From Fimicolochytrium jonesii (taxonomy: Eukaryota), in assembly GCF_025526975.1 (NCBI RefSeq), contig NW_026515686.1, positions 248,001 through 312,000 of the forward strand: 64,000 nt of DNA, in the 5' to 3' direction. Positions 1 through 11,114 of this stretch are shown here, one piece after another. A program made the translations under genes and the position numbers. Under the pieces are notes generated by a model, which was not told the DNA's origin, did not search any database, and saw nothing but the letters and a program-made list of their open reading frames with translations. How positions within the stretch are numbered: position 1 is the first letter of the stretch; each line of letters opens with the position of its first letter.

Positions 1-2563
1 ACGGCCGAGGAGCATATTGCTCATGTAAACAGCGTTTTGGCTGTTCTCGCTGAGCATAAACTCTATGCTAAGCCGTCCAAGTGCAAATGGATGCAGAAAG
101 AGCTTGAATTCTGTGGCCATCTCTTAGGCGAAGATACGATGGCCATTGCACCCTCGAAATTGGACGCCGTGCAGAACTTTGCACGCCCTACAAAGCAGAA
201 AGAGGTCCAATCTTTCTTAGGGTTAACAAATTATTTGAGTCAATACTTCGATCGTTATGCATACATCGCGTATCCATTGACAGAGCTACAGTTGGGCAAA
301 AGGCCTTGGCACTGGCGCAATGTCGACGAGACGGCTTCTGTTAAGCTGAAGGAAGCTATTATTACAGCTTCTATGCTCGCGTCTTACGACCCGGAGCGAC
401 ATTATACATGTTCACGGATGCATCGGGTTTTGCAATAGGAGGATGGCTCGCCCAGCCGGCGGATCCATCGGAGCACTACCCATCACCGTTGCCTACCTCA
501 GTGAAGGGATTTAAGAATCTACCACCGTTAAAGTCGATAGCTTTCTTTGGGCAGAAGATGCAACCCGCTGAAACACGTTACCCCGTGCACGAACAAGAGC
601 TATTAGCTTTAGTTAGCATATGCAAGGCGAATAGGCCTTACTTGCAGGATTGGACAAATGATCGCCCGTTTTGTGCGTTCACCGATGACGCTAGTTTGGT
701 CTGGCTGCAGACACAGCCCTTCCTGAGCCATTGCCAAGCACGATGGGTTGAATCCCTGCAACAATTCAAATTTGATATTGAATATCAACCTGGTCGTTGG
801 AACACCGTTGCGGATGTGTTGAGCTGTAATCCATATTACGCGGAGCGCCGAGTGCAACAAGCAAGTGGAAATCGCTGCGACCATGGGGATGTCCGTTGAG
901 TATATTCCTTTAGGGAATGTTACGCTTGAAGATTGGATACGAACCTTGGCGGCTGATGAGTACCTCGCTTTGCGGAGAGAGGCGTTGTCACAGCCAAAGG
1001 AACGACAGTCTACATTCGATCGCCGTTTTTCGATCGATGACTATGGTTGTTTACTGTACCACGATAAGTTCTATGTGCCAGCTGCTTTACGAGGAACTGT
1101 ATTGCAGGCGTACCACGACTCGTTGCTCTCTGGCTCGCATATGGGGGTACAAGGTACATTGGGCAAGCTCCTACGTGAGTTTTACTCGCCCGATATCGAC
1201 GCGGACGTGCGAGGGTACATCAAGACTTGTGGGTCTTGCCAAAGGTGCAAGTTGCCAAACAATAATCGTGTTGGCTTACTTTGTTTGCTCCCAGTTCCCG
1301 ACCAACGTTGGCACACGATGGGTATGGACCCTGTCTCGATGCCAATAACACGGTCGTGGGGGGGGGAAGGTGCATAGTGATGCGTTCTACGACATTATTA
1401 TTGTCTTCATCGATACTCTGTCAGGGCGCACTACTTTATCCCTGCGAAATCCACGATAACTGCCGAGGAGTTGGCCCAGCTTTACTTCCATGAGGTATGG
1501 CCCCATACAGGTACTGCAGCTGTGATCGTCGGAGATCGAGATCCCCGCTACCTGGCAGACTTCTGGAAGGCGTTTCAATTGTTGTTGGGCTCTAAGCATA
1601 GCTTGAGCACGGCATGACACCAACAGATGGACGGAAAGGTCGAACGGTGTATCTCTATCTTGAAGAAGATGATTAAATCGTACCTTAATGTAACGAGAGA
1701 CGATTGGGTTGACAAACTGCCGATGTTGGAGTTTGCCTACAACCGTACGCAGAACAGCACTGGATACTGCCCTTTCAAGGTTGAGTTGGATAGAATTCCG
1801 CAGGCGCCAATGCATTGGCAAGTTGACGCAAAGGTGTTGCAACATATGGACGATACGTCGATCCCATTTTTGCATAAGTCACGACGTGAGCTCATCACAC
1901 AGATAGAGAGGCGTGCTGAGGCATACCGATCCATTGAACTCATAGTGCAGCAGAAACTGCGGGAAGCCCAGGACAAACAAGCGAAGTATCACGATTGTGG
2001 ACGTTGTGTACAGAGCTTTCGTCCAGGAGATAAAGTCCTGTTGAACAGCGACGGGATAACGATCCCTGCTTTCAACAAGAAGCCGCTCAAGTTTACACAG
2101 AGCTGGCTTGGACCCTTCATCGTAAAGAGGGAAGGACCACACCCGGAAACGTACAAGTTAGAGCTGCCAGCTTTGATGGGCGCTCTCTACCCGGTCTTCC
2201 ATACGGATATTTTGAAGCCTTGGCAAAAGCCGACTTCAAATCCGCTGCGCATCAACGATGTAGAGGACTTTAACCCAGGGCCCATCCAGGTTCGAAGGCG
2301 AGGAAGAATACTATGTCGATAAGATTATCGGACGTAGGTTGGTCCATGGAAAACCTGAGTATCTCGTTCAGTGGGTTGGTTCCCAACCTGAGCAGACAAC
2401 ATGGGAAACGCATGAGCGAGTGAACGACTGCGCTGCGTTAGACGACTTCATCTTGGTCCATGGGGAAGTAGAATCCGTTACAGATAAGCGAAAGCGGAAG
2501 CGCTCTAAGGGAACTGAGGCTCCGCGACGCAAGAGTGCACGGTTGGCTGAGGGGCATGAATGA
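1..2563 (+). mobile_element. Degenerate Ty3/gypsy chromovirus pol (RT C-term, RNase H, integrase, chromodomain), frameshifted
   Basis: Overlapping ORFs give LYAKPSKC..LEFCGH and VQSFLGLTNY (RT), FTDASGFAIG and YPVHEQELLA (RNase H), H..H..CxxC zinc finger, DGKVER, WLGPF and HPVFH-like integrase motifs, and YLVQWVG..TTWE (chromodomain). Several frameshifts and stops. Confidence 0.95.
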
Positions 2564-2565
2564 TC

Positions 2566-2692
2566 TGTAGCTGGATGGGACCTTCTGTCCAATAAAAACA
2601 TCTGATATGGTTGTGATCGAGTAGAGAAGTTCTCGTTCACGATATCTTTGGACATAAGTCAAAAGCTGTGAAAGGGATTGCAACGTGCTACA
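2566..2692 (+). repeat. Possible short 3' LTR of the chromovirus
   Basis: TGTAGC...GCTACA inverted termini directly after the chromodomain stop; internal AATAAA. No second copy in the window. Confidence 0.35.
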
Positions 2693-2840
2693 CAAAACGA
2701 GTGTTAACACGCCCCCTTGATGGTAAACGACATCCGCATTGGGTAATTGCGTCTACGGCCGCCGTCCGTAATGAGTAAGCAGGAACTGATCACTCCTGGA
2801 GACTCGGTAATGTGTATGCCTGGAGGTACACATAGGCGTT

Positions 2841-3014
2841 GACTCTAAATAATAGAGCTTCGTTGGCTCAGTGGATTCGTATATCCATTGCCCGACAACT
2901 TGTATAGGCAATGTGCGATACAATACAGCACACCCGTTGCATTCACAGCTGGGGAACACGCTGCCGGTAGCAGGTAGGGTGGATGGCAAATACCATTGAA
3001 TGAGAATGGTTTGC
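2841..3014. repeat. ~175-nt dispersed repeat, copy 1 (copy 2 at 10941-11112); possible structured RNA
   Basis: Colinear same-strand match GACTCT..AGAGCTTCGTTGGCTCA..GCACACCCGTTGCATTCACAGCTGGG..AATGGTTTGC in both places. Confidence 0.85.
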
Positions 3015-3270
3015 AAGCGTCGCTACCCACGACGGTCTTCTGGAAAGCTTTCCTGAATGACACACTATTCTGACGTCCAGTTGGCGAACCATGGCTTTCA
3101 ACGAAAAAGCCATGGCTTTCTGCCAAAAAGCCATGGCATTTTTGCATGGTTACTTGGACTGACGACGACAAGGACCATCAAGGATTGCGCTGCGTGCGAT
3201 CCCGGGCACCTTCATATTCTACTCTGCTTGAGCTTGCTGGGCAGGTTCGCGTCGTAGAATCTGGGGGTGG

Positions 3271-3614
3271 TGTCATGTGGAGTGTCCGGTCTTATTGGAG
3301 AACGACACGTTGCGTCTGTGAAAGACCTATCGCTGTCTAGGTGGAAGGCCTTCCGACCTGTCAGTGAAAGGCCTTTCCTAAGCACTCGGGCTTACGCCCT
3401 TCACGCTCAGACAGTGTTCTCCAGTGGACCCCGACCACATGGGTACTATAACAGTGCTCATCGCGCGTTCCTATGCACAAAAAGTAGTTCATCTACAACA
3501 TATCGCATAGCAGAGCCGGCGAACACCCAGTCTGTCCACAATACCTTACAGCAAAGTAGTTATTGTATACGAGCATCAGTTATACAAACCGTGTGGAAAG
3601 TAGTCCACATCACA
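3271..3614 (+). mobile_element. 3' LTR (family B) preceded by polypurine tract
   Basis: TGTCATGTGGA...TCCACATCACA termini and upstream GGGGGTGG PPT. Its 3' part is the reverse complement of 10606-10820. Confidence 0.8.
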
Positions 3615-5307
3615 CTTGTTCACAAATGAAGTGGATCGGATGTCGATGTGCTTGGTTTGTGCATGGTGAACTGGGTTTGTGGCGAGTGCCATAGCTCCTT
3701 GGTTGTCTTCCCAGATGACTCTGGGGCCTTGGACGACTCCTGTCTTGTCTTGGTGCGTGCTCAGTTCTCTGAGTAGAGATCTGAGCCACATTGCTTCTTT
3801 ACAGGCGTCTGTGAGTGTCATGTGTTCGCCTTCGGTGGAGGAGAGTGCTGTAGTGCGTTGTCTGCGGGATTTCCAGCTTACTGGACCACCGAAGGTGAAG
3901 AGGTATCCTGTGGTTGATCTTCGAGTGTCTGGGCAGCCTCCCCAGTCTGAGTCTGACCATCCCACAAGTTTGGGGGTTCCTTTGACGGCTCCCAGTCGAA
4001 GTTGGTAGTGTTTGGTCGTCTTGAGATACGCCAGAATGCGTTTGGCAGCTTTCCAATGTCCCTTGCCTGGATTGGCTAAGAACTGGCTCACAGCTCCAAC
4101 TGCTTGGGCTATGTCTGGTCTTGTACGGATCATTGCGTAGATCAGACTGCCTACAATGGCTCGATAGGGCTTGTTCTGCATCTCTGCATTCTCTTCAGGC
4201 GTTTGAGGTGCCATTTCCTTTGTGAGAGAGCTTCCCACGACGCTGGGAGTTGATACGGGCTTGCAATCGGTCATCCCGTATGTTTCAAGGCATTTTTCGA
4301 TGTACCCAGTCTGGTTGAGCGTCAGGAGTCGTTTGGCTCGGTCTCGAGTGACTAGGAGACCCAGAAAGTAGTGCAGGGCACATGGATCACGCATCTCGCA
4401 CGCCTTCTGAAGTTCCTTGGCCTTGAAGCTGTCAAGATCGAGTCTCTGGTTGCTCATAAGTATGAGATTGTCCACATAGAGGATCAGGATGGATAGCCAG
4501 CCCTCAAAGAACCCGATATAGACGCAATGGTCTTAGCCAAGACAAGTGAAGCCTTTCTCAACGAGAGTGCCGTGGATTTCGATGTTTCATTCCCTGGGGG
4601 CTTGTTTAAGACCATAGAGAGTCTTCTTGAGTTTAAGCACGAGATGCTCTTCCCCTGGCTTGATGTAGCCCGGTGGCTGCTTCATATAGATTTCCTCACT
4701 GAGTGTCGGGTTCAGGAATCCGGTGGACACGTCCATTTGGTCCATTTCGAGGTCCTGAGCTGCTCCCCACGACAGCAGTAGCCGAATGGTGTTGAACTTG
4801 GCCACTGGTGCGAATGTTTTGTTGTAGTCAACTCCCTCTTCTTGTGAGAAGCCTTGGGCGACTAGTCTGGCCTTGAAGCGTTCGATACGGCCATCAGCAT
4901 TCGTCTTGATCTTGTAAATCCACTTGCATCCGACAAGGTTGCGATCTTTGGGTGCTGGACAGAGCTCCCAGGTGCCGTTCTTGACAAGGGATGCGTATTC
5001 AGCATCTATGGCTTCCTTCCACTTGTCTGAGTCGTTGGAGTTTAGAGCTTACTTGAGGGTTTTGGGCTCTGTGTGCAGTACTTCGGTAGCCAGGGCACAG
5101 GCAAGGTTGCTTTGGCGTATTCGAGTGCTCTGGGAGCGTGTGATGCGTCCGTAGTGCACCAAGTCATCAGCTTCCTGGTCTTCCTGGTTGTCTAGGTTCT
5201 CTGGGGCCTCTGCCCATTGATCAGTGTCAGGTTGTGGGTTGGGAGCTGCGTCAGGAAGCTCAGAATCCCCCCCTGCAGCGTGCGGGCGTAATTCAGTGGT
5301 GTCTGTG
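3615..5307 (-). mobile_element. Degenerate Ty1/copia RT-RNase H fragment
   Basis: CKWIYKIK, RFKARLVAQG, QMDVSTGFLN, LYGLKQAPREW, ILYVDNLIL, WSDSDWGG..RRSTTG, IWEDNQGA, KHIDIR. Contains stops and frameshifts. Confidence 0.95.
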
Positions 5308-5310
5308 GTG

Positions 5311-6202
5311 CCCTCGCACTCAGAAAGGCTGGAATCCAACACCAGCGCGCTGCGACTGACACCCCACAGCAGAACGGAGTAGCGGAACGTATGAATTGAA
5401 CTCTAGTCGAAATGGCACGCTGCCTACTCACCCAGGCTGGTCTTGGACACAAGTACTGGGGAGAAGCGCAGCTTGCAGCTGTCCACATTAGAAAACGCGG
5501 CCCTACGGTTGCCCTAGACAACTCCAAGACGCCATATGAAGCCTTCTTCGGTCGCAAACCCATCCTCCTACATCTCAGAGTGTTTGGATGCATAGCCTAT
5601 GCTATGGTACTCAAGAAAAACCGAGGAAAACTGGACAACAAAGCCAAGAAGTGCCTCTTTCTCGGCTATAGTTCATCCAGCAAAGCCTGGAGGCTCCAGT
5701 CCCTCGAACTCGATGATCAGGGCGCCATTATCGAATCAAGAGACGTCCAGTTCAATGAAAACAAGTTCTACAACAGCCTGGACAACGAAGATACACATGA
5801 AGACACGTCAGATCGCTCCTATGACAGCTTAGCGAGCTTTGAATTCGATCCAGAGCCTGACAACATCGTTTCACACGCACCCAAGCCCACAGACACCACT
5901 GAATTACGCCCGCACGCTGCAGGGGGGGATTCTGAGCTCCCTGACGCATCTCCCAACCCACAACCTGACACTGATCAATGGGCAGAGGCCCCAGAGGACC
6001 ACAATCCCAGAGCACTCCAGTACGCCAAAGCAACCTTGCCTATGCCCTGGCTACCGAAGTACTGCACACAGAGCCCAAAACCCTTAAGCAAGCTTTAAAC
6101 TCAAACGACTCAGCCAAGTGGAAGGAAGCCATGGATGCTGAATACGCATCCCTTGTCAGGAACGGCACCTGGCAGCTCTGTCCAGCACCCAAAGATCGCA
6201 AC
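5311..6202 (+). mobile_element. Degenerate Ty1/copia integrase and RT N-terminus
   Basis: PQQNGVAERMN*TLVEMARCLL, LRVFGCIAY, KCLFLGYS, IIESRDVQFNE, EPKTLKQAL..WKEAMDAEY. Confidence 0.93.
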
Positions 6203-7231
6203 TGTTATGGACAACGCGCCCATACCATAAGCTTACCTACTGACAGCCGCCAATGTCAACCGCCAATGTCAAACGCCAATGTCAATGTCAATGTCAGTGT
6301 CAATGTCAATGTCAATGCCACTCCCCCTCTCTCCTCTCATTTCGCCAATCCTCCTGCAATATCGCCGCTCCTCCTCTCTCCTCTCATTTTGCCAATCCCC
6401 AATCGGCTTCTCCACATCCCCCACTACTTCTCCATAGCCAGCAGCTGTAGCAATGCTCTCTACGCTCGCCACGCACGCTCTAGGAGCATAGCTAACGCCC
6501 TCCCCCAGTCCCCTCTTGTTGTTGTTGTTCTCTGGCCTGCCGGGTTGCCTATCTATAAATAGCCGGCCTCTCTTCGTCCATTCCCTTCCTCCCCAGCAGA
6601 TCAACACCAGTTCTTCTCATCTCCTGTTCTAGTCCTTGTTTCTTGTTTCGCCAATACAATCTCTTGTCGCCTATCACACTCGCCCTGTCTTCTCTACTTC
6701 GCTTCCGCCCCGTCGTCGAGATCATAACACTGACAGCCGCCAATGTCAACCGCCAAATGTCAAACGCCAATGTCAATGTCAATGTCAGTGTCAATGTCAG
6801 TGTCAATGTCAATGTCAATGCCACTCCCCCTCTCTCCTCTCATTTCGCCAATCTTCCCGCAATATCGCCACTCCTCCTCTCTCCTCTCATTTTGCCAATC
6901 CCCCCTCGGCTTCTCCACACCCCCCACTACTTCCCCATAGCCAGCAGCTGTAGCAATGCTCTCTACGCTCGCCACGCACGCTGTAGGAGCATAGCTGGCG
7001 CCCCCCCAGTCCCCTCTTGTTGTTGTTGTTCTCTGATCTGCTGGGTTGCCTATCTATAAATAGCCGGCCTCTCTTCGTCCATTCCCTTCCTCCCCAGCAG
7101 ATCAACACCAGTTCTTCTCATCTCCTGTTCTAGTCCTTGTTTCTTGTTTCGCCAATACAATCTCTTGTCGCCTATCACTGTCGCCCTGTCTTCTCTACTT
7201 CGCTTCCGCCTCCGTCGTCGCGATCATAACA
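6203..7231 (+). repeat. Tandem LTR pair (6203-6729 full; 6730-7231 lacking the first ~37 nt) containing a (CAATGT)n microsatellite
   Basis: TGTTATG...CATAACA termini, TATAAAT in each copy, ~500-bp near-identical direct repeat. Confidence 0.85.
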
Positions 7232-7360
7232 TACCAGGGCCTTTGCGAGCGGGTGCGAGGCACCAGGGCTCAGGACGATTGGTGGAGTACCAAAGGGAAA
7301 CGCTCCGAAGGGATCGAATTCAACAAAATATATACAAGAAAGAAGAACAACAACGCCAGG

Positions 7361-8119
7361 CTAAATACCAGCCTGATTGGCAAAAGACCATTGGCAACGT
7401 GTGCCGTGGCAGGCGGTCCCCATGCCACAACGCAGCGGGACAAACTGCTCGACGTTCATCTGGCTAAAGGGAACGCATCACGTCAACGGCGGGACCTGTC
7501 AAAAATTCACGACTGTTGTACTTACGCGCGGACATGCCCCATACACTGGATGTGGTCGCAGGTGAACACCCGCACGTCCTGGGCCAGACAATCGCAGGCG
7601 GGCTACACACAGGTGCAGGGTAGCGCCTGGCAGAAGAGCGGCGTTTCGCACTCCTCCCCGAAACCGTCAACGTAGCCGCACGTAAACTCACCGACGGGCG
7701 TGTCGGTCTGTCGGAAAGAGGCGTGAGCTGTCAGTCACCTCACGGGAACCACCCATAATACGCGGTTCCTTACGGTGTCATCACAGAGCGGGAGGATGCA
7801 AGGCCGGCATATAACGTGCTGGCACGCGGAGAGGACTATCGTGCGGGGGCGGTACGTGTTGCAGTTCCAACACGTCGGTCGGGCCGGTGGAGCCGGGGGC
7901 TCCGGGGTATTGTCCGAGTGCACCTCAGGGGTATCCTGAGATAGAGTTGGTCAAACCATGTAAGTTGGGTCAATTGGGTACCCACCGCAGACTCACCACT
8001 CGCTGTCGCTTGAGAGCCTTCTTTAGGCTGTCCCCTTTGGTGGGGCCCTTGCCTACTCCCTTCTTGCCCGATGACGAGCCGGCAGCGGTGGGCTTGGCGG
8101 AAGGAGCTACGCCGGCCAT
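7361..8119 (-). pseudogene. Four-exon Cys/His-rich double RING-finger-like gene with one in-frame TAG, antisense within an LTR element's 3' region
   Basis: TATAAAA at 8229-8223 and ATG at 8119. Exons 8119-7997, 7935-7774, 7707-7526 and 7463-7361 are joined by 61/66/62-nt GT-AG introns that keep frame. Motif CWNC..CQHVICRPC; TAG at 7605-7603. Confidence 0.65.
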
Positions 8120-8463
8120 GATGAAGAGGGGAACGGCGACGGTGAGAGGTTTACGAGATTGGGAGCAAGAAATGTAAGGTCCGAGGACTGGTGGGAAGGT
8201 GCCGAGGGGACTACTGCCTTCCTTTTATATGCCGCAGGGACAAGGACCATGGCGCCCCACAACCAGCTGCGGCCGAATCATCTCTACCTCATATCGGCGT
8301 GGATCTGATTGCCATCATGGTGACCACCGGTGACGCCAGCCGCTCCAGTAGAGCCATGCGCACTCCTCCTGGCCGACACCTGTGTTAGCTCCACATCAAG
8401 TCACAGCGGGGAGCGAATGACAGGTGCGGTCGGTGTCAGAGTGACACTTGGCTCTAAGGGGGG

Positions 8464-8683
8464 TGTAATGAGGTGCTGCAGGTGTCACCTTAGCGCGGCA
8501 AAGCGCGTAGGGCATGAGATCACGTGTAGCATAGATTATTTTGGAGTCCTACGCTCTGGGGTGACTCCCGAAGGGAAGAAAAGCCTTTGGGCGGCACCCT
8601 GGGAGGTAGAAACTCTAGAATTCTTTCAATACATCGAAGCGGAGACAGAGCTAGCCTCTGGCAACGGACCTAGCATTATTACA
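8464..8683 (+). mobile_element. 3' LTR (family C) preceded by PPT
   Basis: A/G-rich PPT (AAGGGGGG) immediately before TGTAATG...ATTACA; inverted copy at 8991-9229. Confidence 0.88.
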
Positions 8684-9518
8684 TACGTGCGTCGCCTTCA
8701 AGCGATTTAGATACCTTCTGCATGTACTTAAAGTCATCAATCGGAAGACCAAAAGTAAGCATGAAGTCCGTATGCTTCTGCAAAAATGTGTTGACAAAAG
8801 CGGCCTCGCGCCGTTTGCCATTAAAGGGATGCTGCGAAATCCATGTACCATGGTGCCTGCGCTGCTCGATATAGAACGAATCCACAGACCCATCCTGCAG
8901 CACATCACGGCGCATGGCAGAGTCACGGTCCAACGTAGCTTGCAAGCAATCCTGTCGAGCCTGACGTTCCTCAGCATGATGAGAACTTCTTGTAATAAGG
9001 CTAGGTCCGTTGCCAGAGGCTAGCTCTGTCTCCGCTTCGATGTTTTGAAAGAGTTCTAGAGTTTCTACCTCCCGGGGCGCCGCCCGAAGGCTTTTCTTCC
9101 CTTCGGGAGTCACCCCCGAGCGTAGGACTCCAATATATCCCATGTTATATATATATGACTCCAATATATATGATCTCATGCCCTACGCGCTTCCCCACAG
9201 TAAGGTGACACCTGCAGCACCTCATTACACTTCTGCTTGGGCGTCGGCCACAGCAGCCTTCATTCGGGCATTAAGCTGATCGATGGAGATCGTCAACATA
9301 GCTGTAGCGGGCGGGTGACCAGGAGGAGGTGGAGGAGGTCCACCAACCTGGATGCCCTCCATTGGAACTGGTCCCATCGTTGGAGGAGGAAGGCGAACTT
9401 CCACACGGGGTTCGTCAGCTGCAGTCTCCGGCTCCTCAACAATCTCAGTAATAACAGCTGTACCCCCAGGAGTAGTTTCCTCACTCCTGGTAACTCTACT
9501 ACCCGTTGATGTACTCAT
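8684..9518 (-). pseudogene. Degenerate retrotransposon gag (family B) interrupted by a solo LTR
   Basis: ATG at 9518 lies downstream of the 5' LTR/PBS. Pro-rich N-terminus, then HPFNGK..FLQK..SLEGDAR gag-like segment after the insertion (a frameshift is required). Confidence 0.6.
8991..9229 (-). mobile_element. Solo LTR (family C) with 5-bp target-site duplication
   Basis: Reverse complement of 8464-8683; flanked by CTTCT at 8986-8990 and 9230-9234. Confidence 0.92.
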
Positions 9519-10595
9519 GACAACCTTCTAGCCAGCGTAAGCGCGTTTTCAGTTCGAAAAACCTCAAACAACGACCAATACATCCAGAATGCCGACAGAA
9601 GTACTCCGTTGATGTTGTATAGCTCAGTACCTTGAGCAAATACACACAAACAACTAGGTCTCGAATCAGGTATATGCCGTATGCAATAACCAAAATTCGG
9701 GCATAGATTTTCCCTCTTTTTGAGCGAAAAATCCCCAAAATCCACTGTGTCCGATGTCGGCGGGTTTCGGCTGCATTGATCCTGTACAGGATCTGAAGCT
9801 ATCAGTTTAAAGAGGCCTTTGAGAGGATCAAAATGAACTCTAACGGCTTAGCTCTGTCTTTAAACTGAAAGACTTTTCTTATCCGCCCGTTTTTGCTTAA
9901 GTATCGAATTAACGACGAAGGCGATGACGGATTACTTGTTTTGCAGTGATTCAAAAATCTCCAAAACATTCAGCGGTAATTCTCAGGATCGGGAAGAACC
10001 TTATCGGGGGTCGTTTTGTTCAAAACTGCGATAGTTTTGCTATACAGAGGTTATAGTGGCGCGTTTTTCGATATCTCCGTATCCGTAGGTCGAATCTCTT
10101 TGAAACTTTCACAAGTCTTCAAGCTCAGTATGCTCTACGAGGTTTCCGAGTTTGAAGGGGATCGCATTACTGGGGTAGATTTCCAATCCGTGCACGGGTT
10201 ACCAATTGGCTACTAGTAAACACGCGTTTATGTTGACTATGTGTCGACCATTGAACGAATACTCTCAAGGGGTTGATATTCCAAAAGAGTAAGATATGGA
10301 TGGCGAACTGTGAGTTACGGAGGTTTGTCTAACCATCCAGGTAAAAAAAGTGAGGTGGTTGCGACGTATCGGTCGTTCACCTAGGTAAATAACCTAGAGG
10401 TTGGCGCTTTTCGACTATAGCGCACTAGAGGCTTCAGGAGTTGTGGTGGACGTTGTCCTGGACGCCCGAAAGCTATTTGAATCGTCTAGAATGATTGTAT
10501 TGACGTTCTGTGATGATTGCTACGTCTGCAATTTCGAGATGCTGAAGTTGCCAACGTGTTTATCTACTAAGAAGCTCGTTTTTGTCGAAACGAGT

Positions 10596-10820
10596 GGTGC
10601 TACCATGTGATGTGGACTACCTTCCACACGGGTTGTATAACTGACGTTTGTATACAATAACTACTTTGCTGTAAGGTATTGTAGACGGACTGAGTGTTCG
10701 TCGGCGCTGCTATTCGATATGCAGTAAAGGAACTACTTGTTGTGCATAGGAACGCGCGACGAGCACTGTTAAAGTACCCATGAGGTCAGAGTCCACTGGA
10801 GAACAATGTCTGGACGCGTA
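10596..10820 (-). mobile_element. Partial 5' LTR (family B) with primer-binding site
   Basis: 10606-10820 matches the reverse complement of ~3400-3614. On the minus strand ...CATCACA is followed by TGGTAGCACC, one base from the tRNA-iMet-type PBS TGGTAGCGCC. Confidence 0.85.
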
Positions 10821-10940
10821 AATACAGGTATTTCCTCAGGAAATACCTGTATATTCCGAGGATATACAGGTGTATCCCGCGAGGCCTGTCTCGCAGACAT
10901 GTGGTTCCCCAACTAGACCGGACAACCCACATTACACGGT

Positions 10941-11112
10941 GACTCTGAACAACAGAGCTTCGTTGGCTCAATGGTTGCGTACCTCCATTGCCCAACAGCT
11001 TGTATTAGGCAACGTGCGCTACAAAGCACACCCGTTGCATTCACAGCTGGGATGCCCGCTGCCCATAGCAGGTAGCGTGGATGGCAATTACCATTGAGGC
11101 AGAATGGTTTGC
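10941..11112. repeat. ~175-nt dispersed repeat, copy 2
   Basis: Colinear with 2841-3014. Confidence 0.85.
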
Positions 11113-11114
11113 GA

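Noticed and set aside
2857..2930. tRNA gene at the A-box-like motif of the dispersed repeat
   Set aside because: No D-stem partner, anticodon arm or T-loop can be formed.
6253..6975. ORFs with CQCQ/NVNV/MSMS/LTLT repeats
   Set aside because: These are translations of the hexamer microsatellite inside the LTRs.
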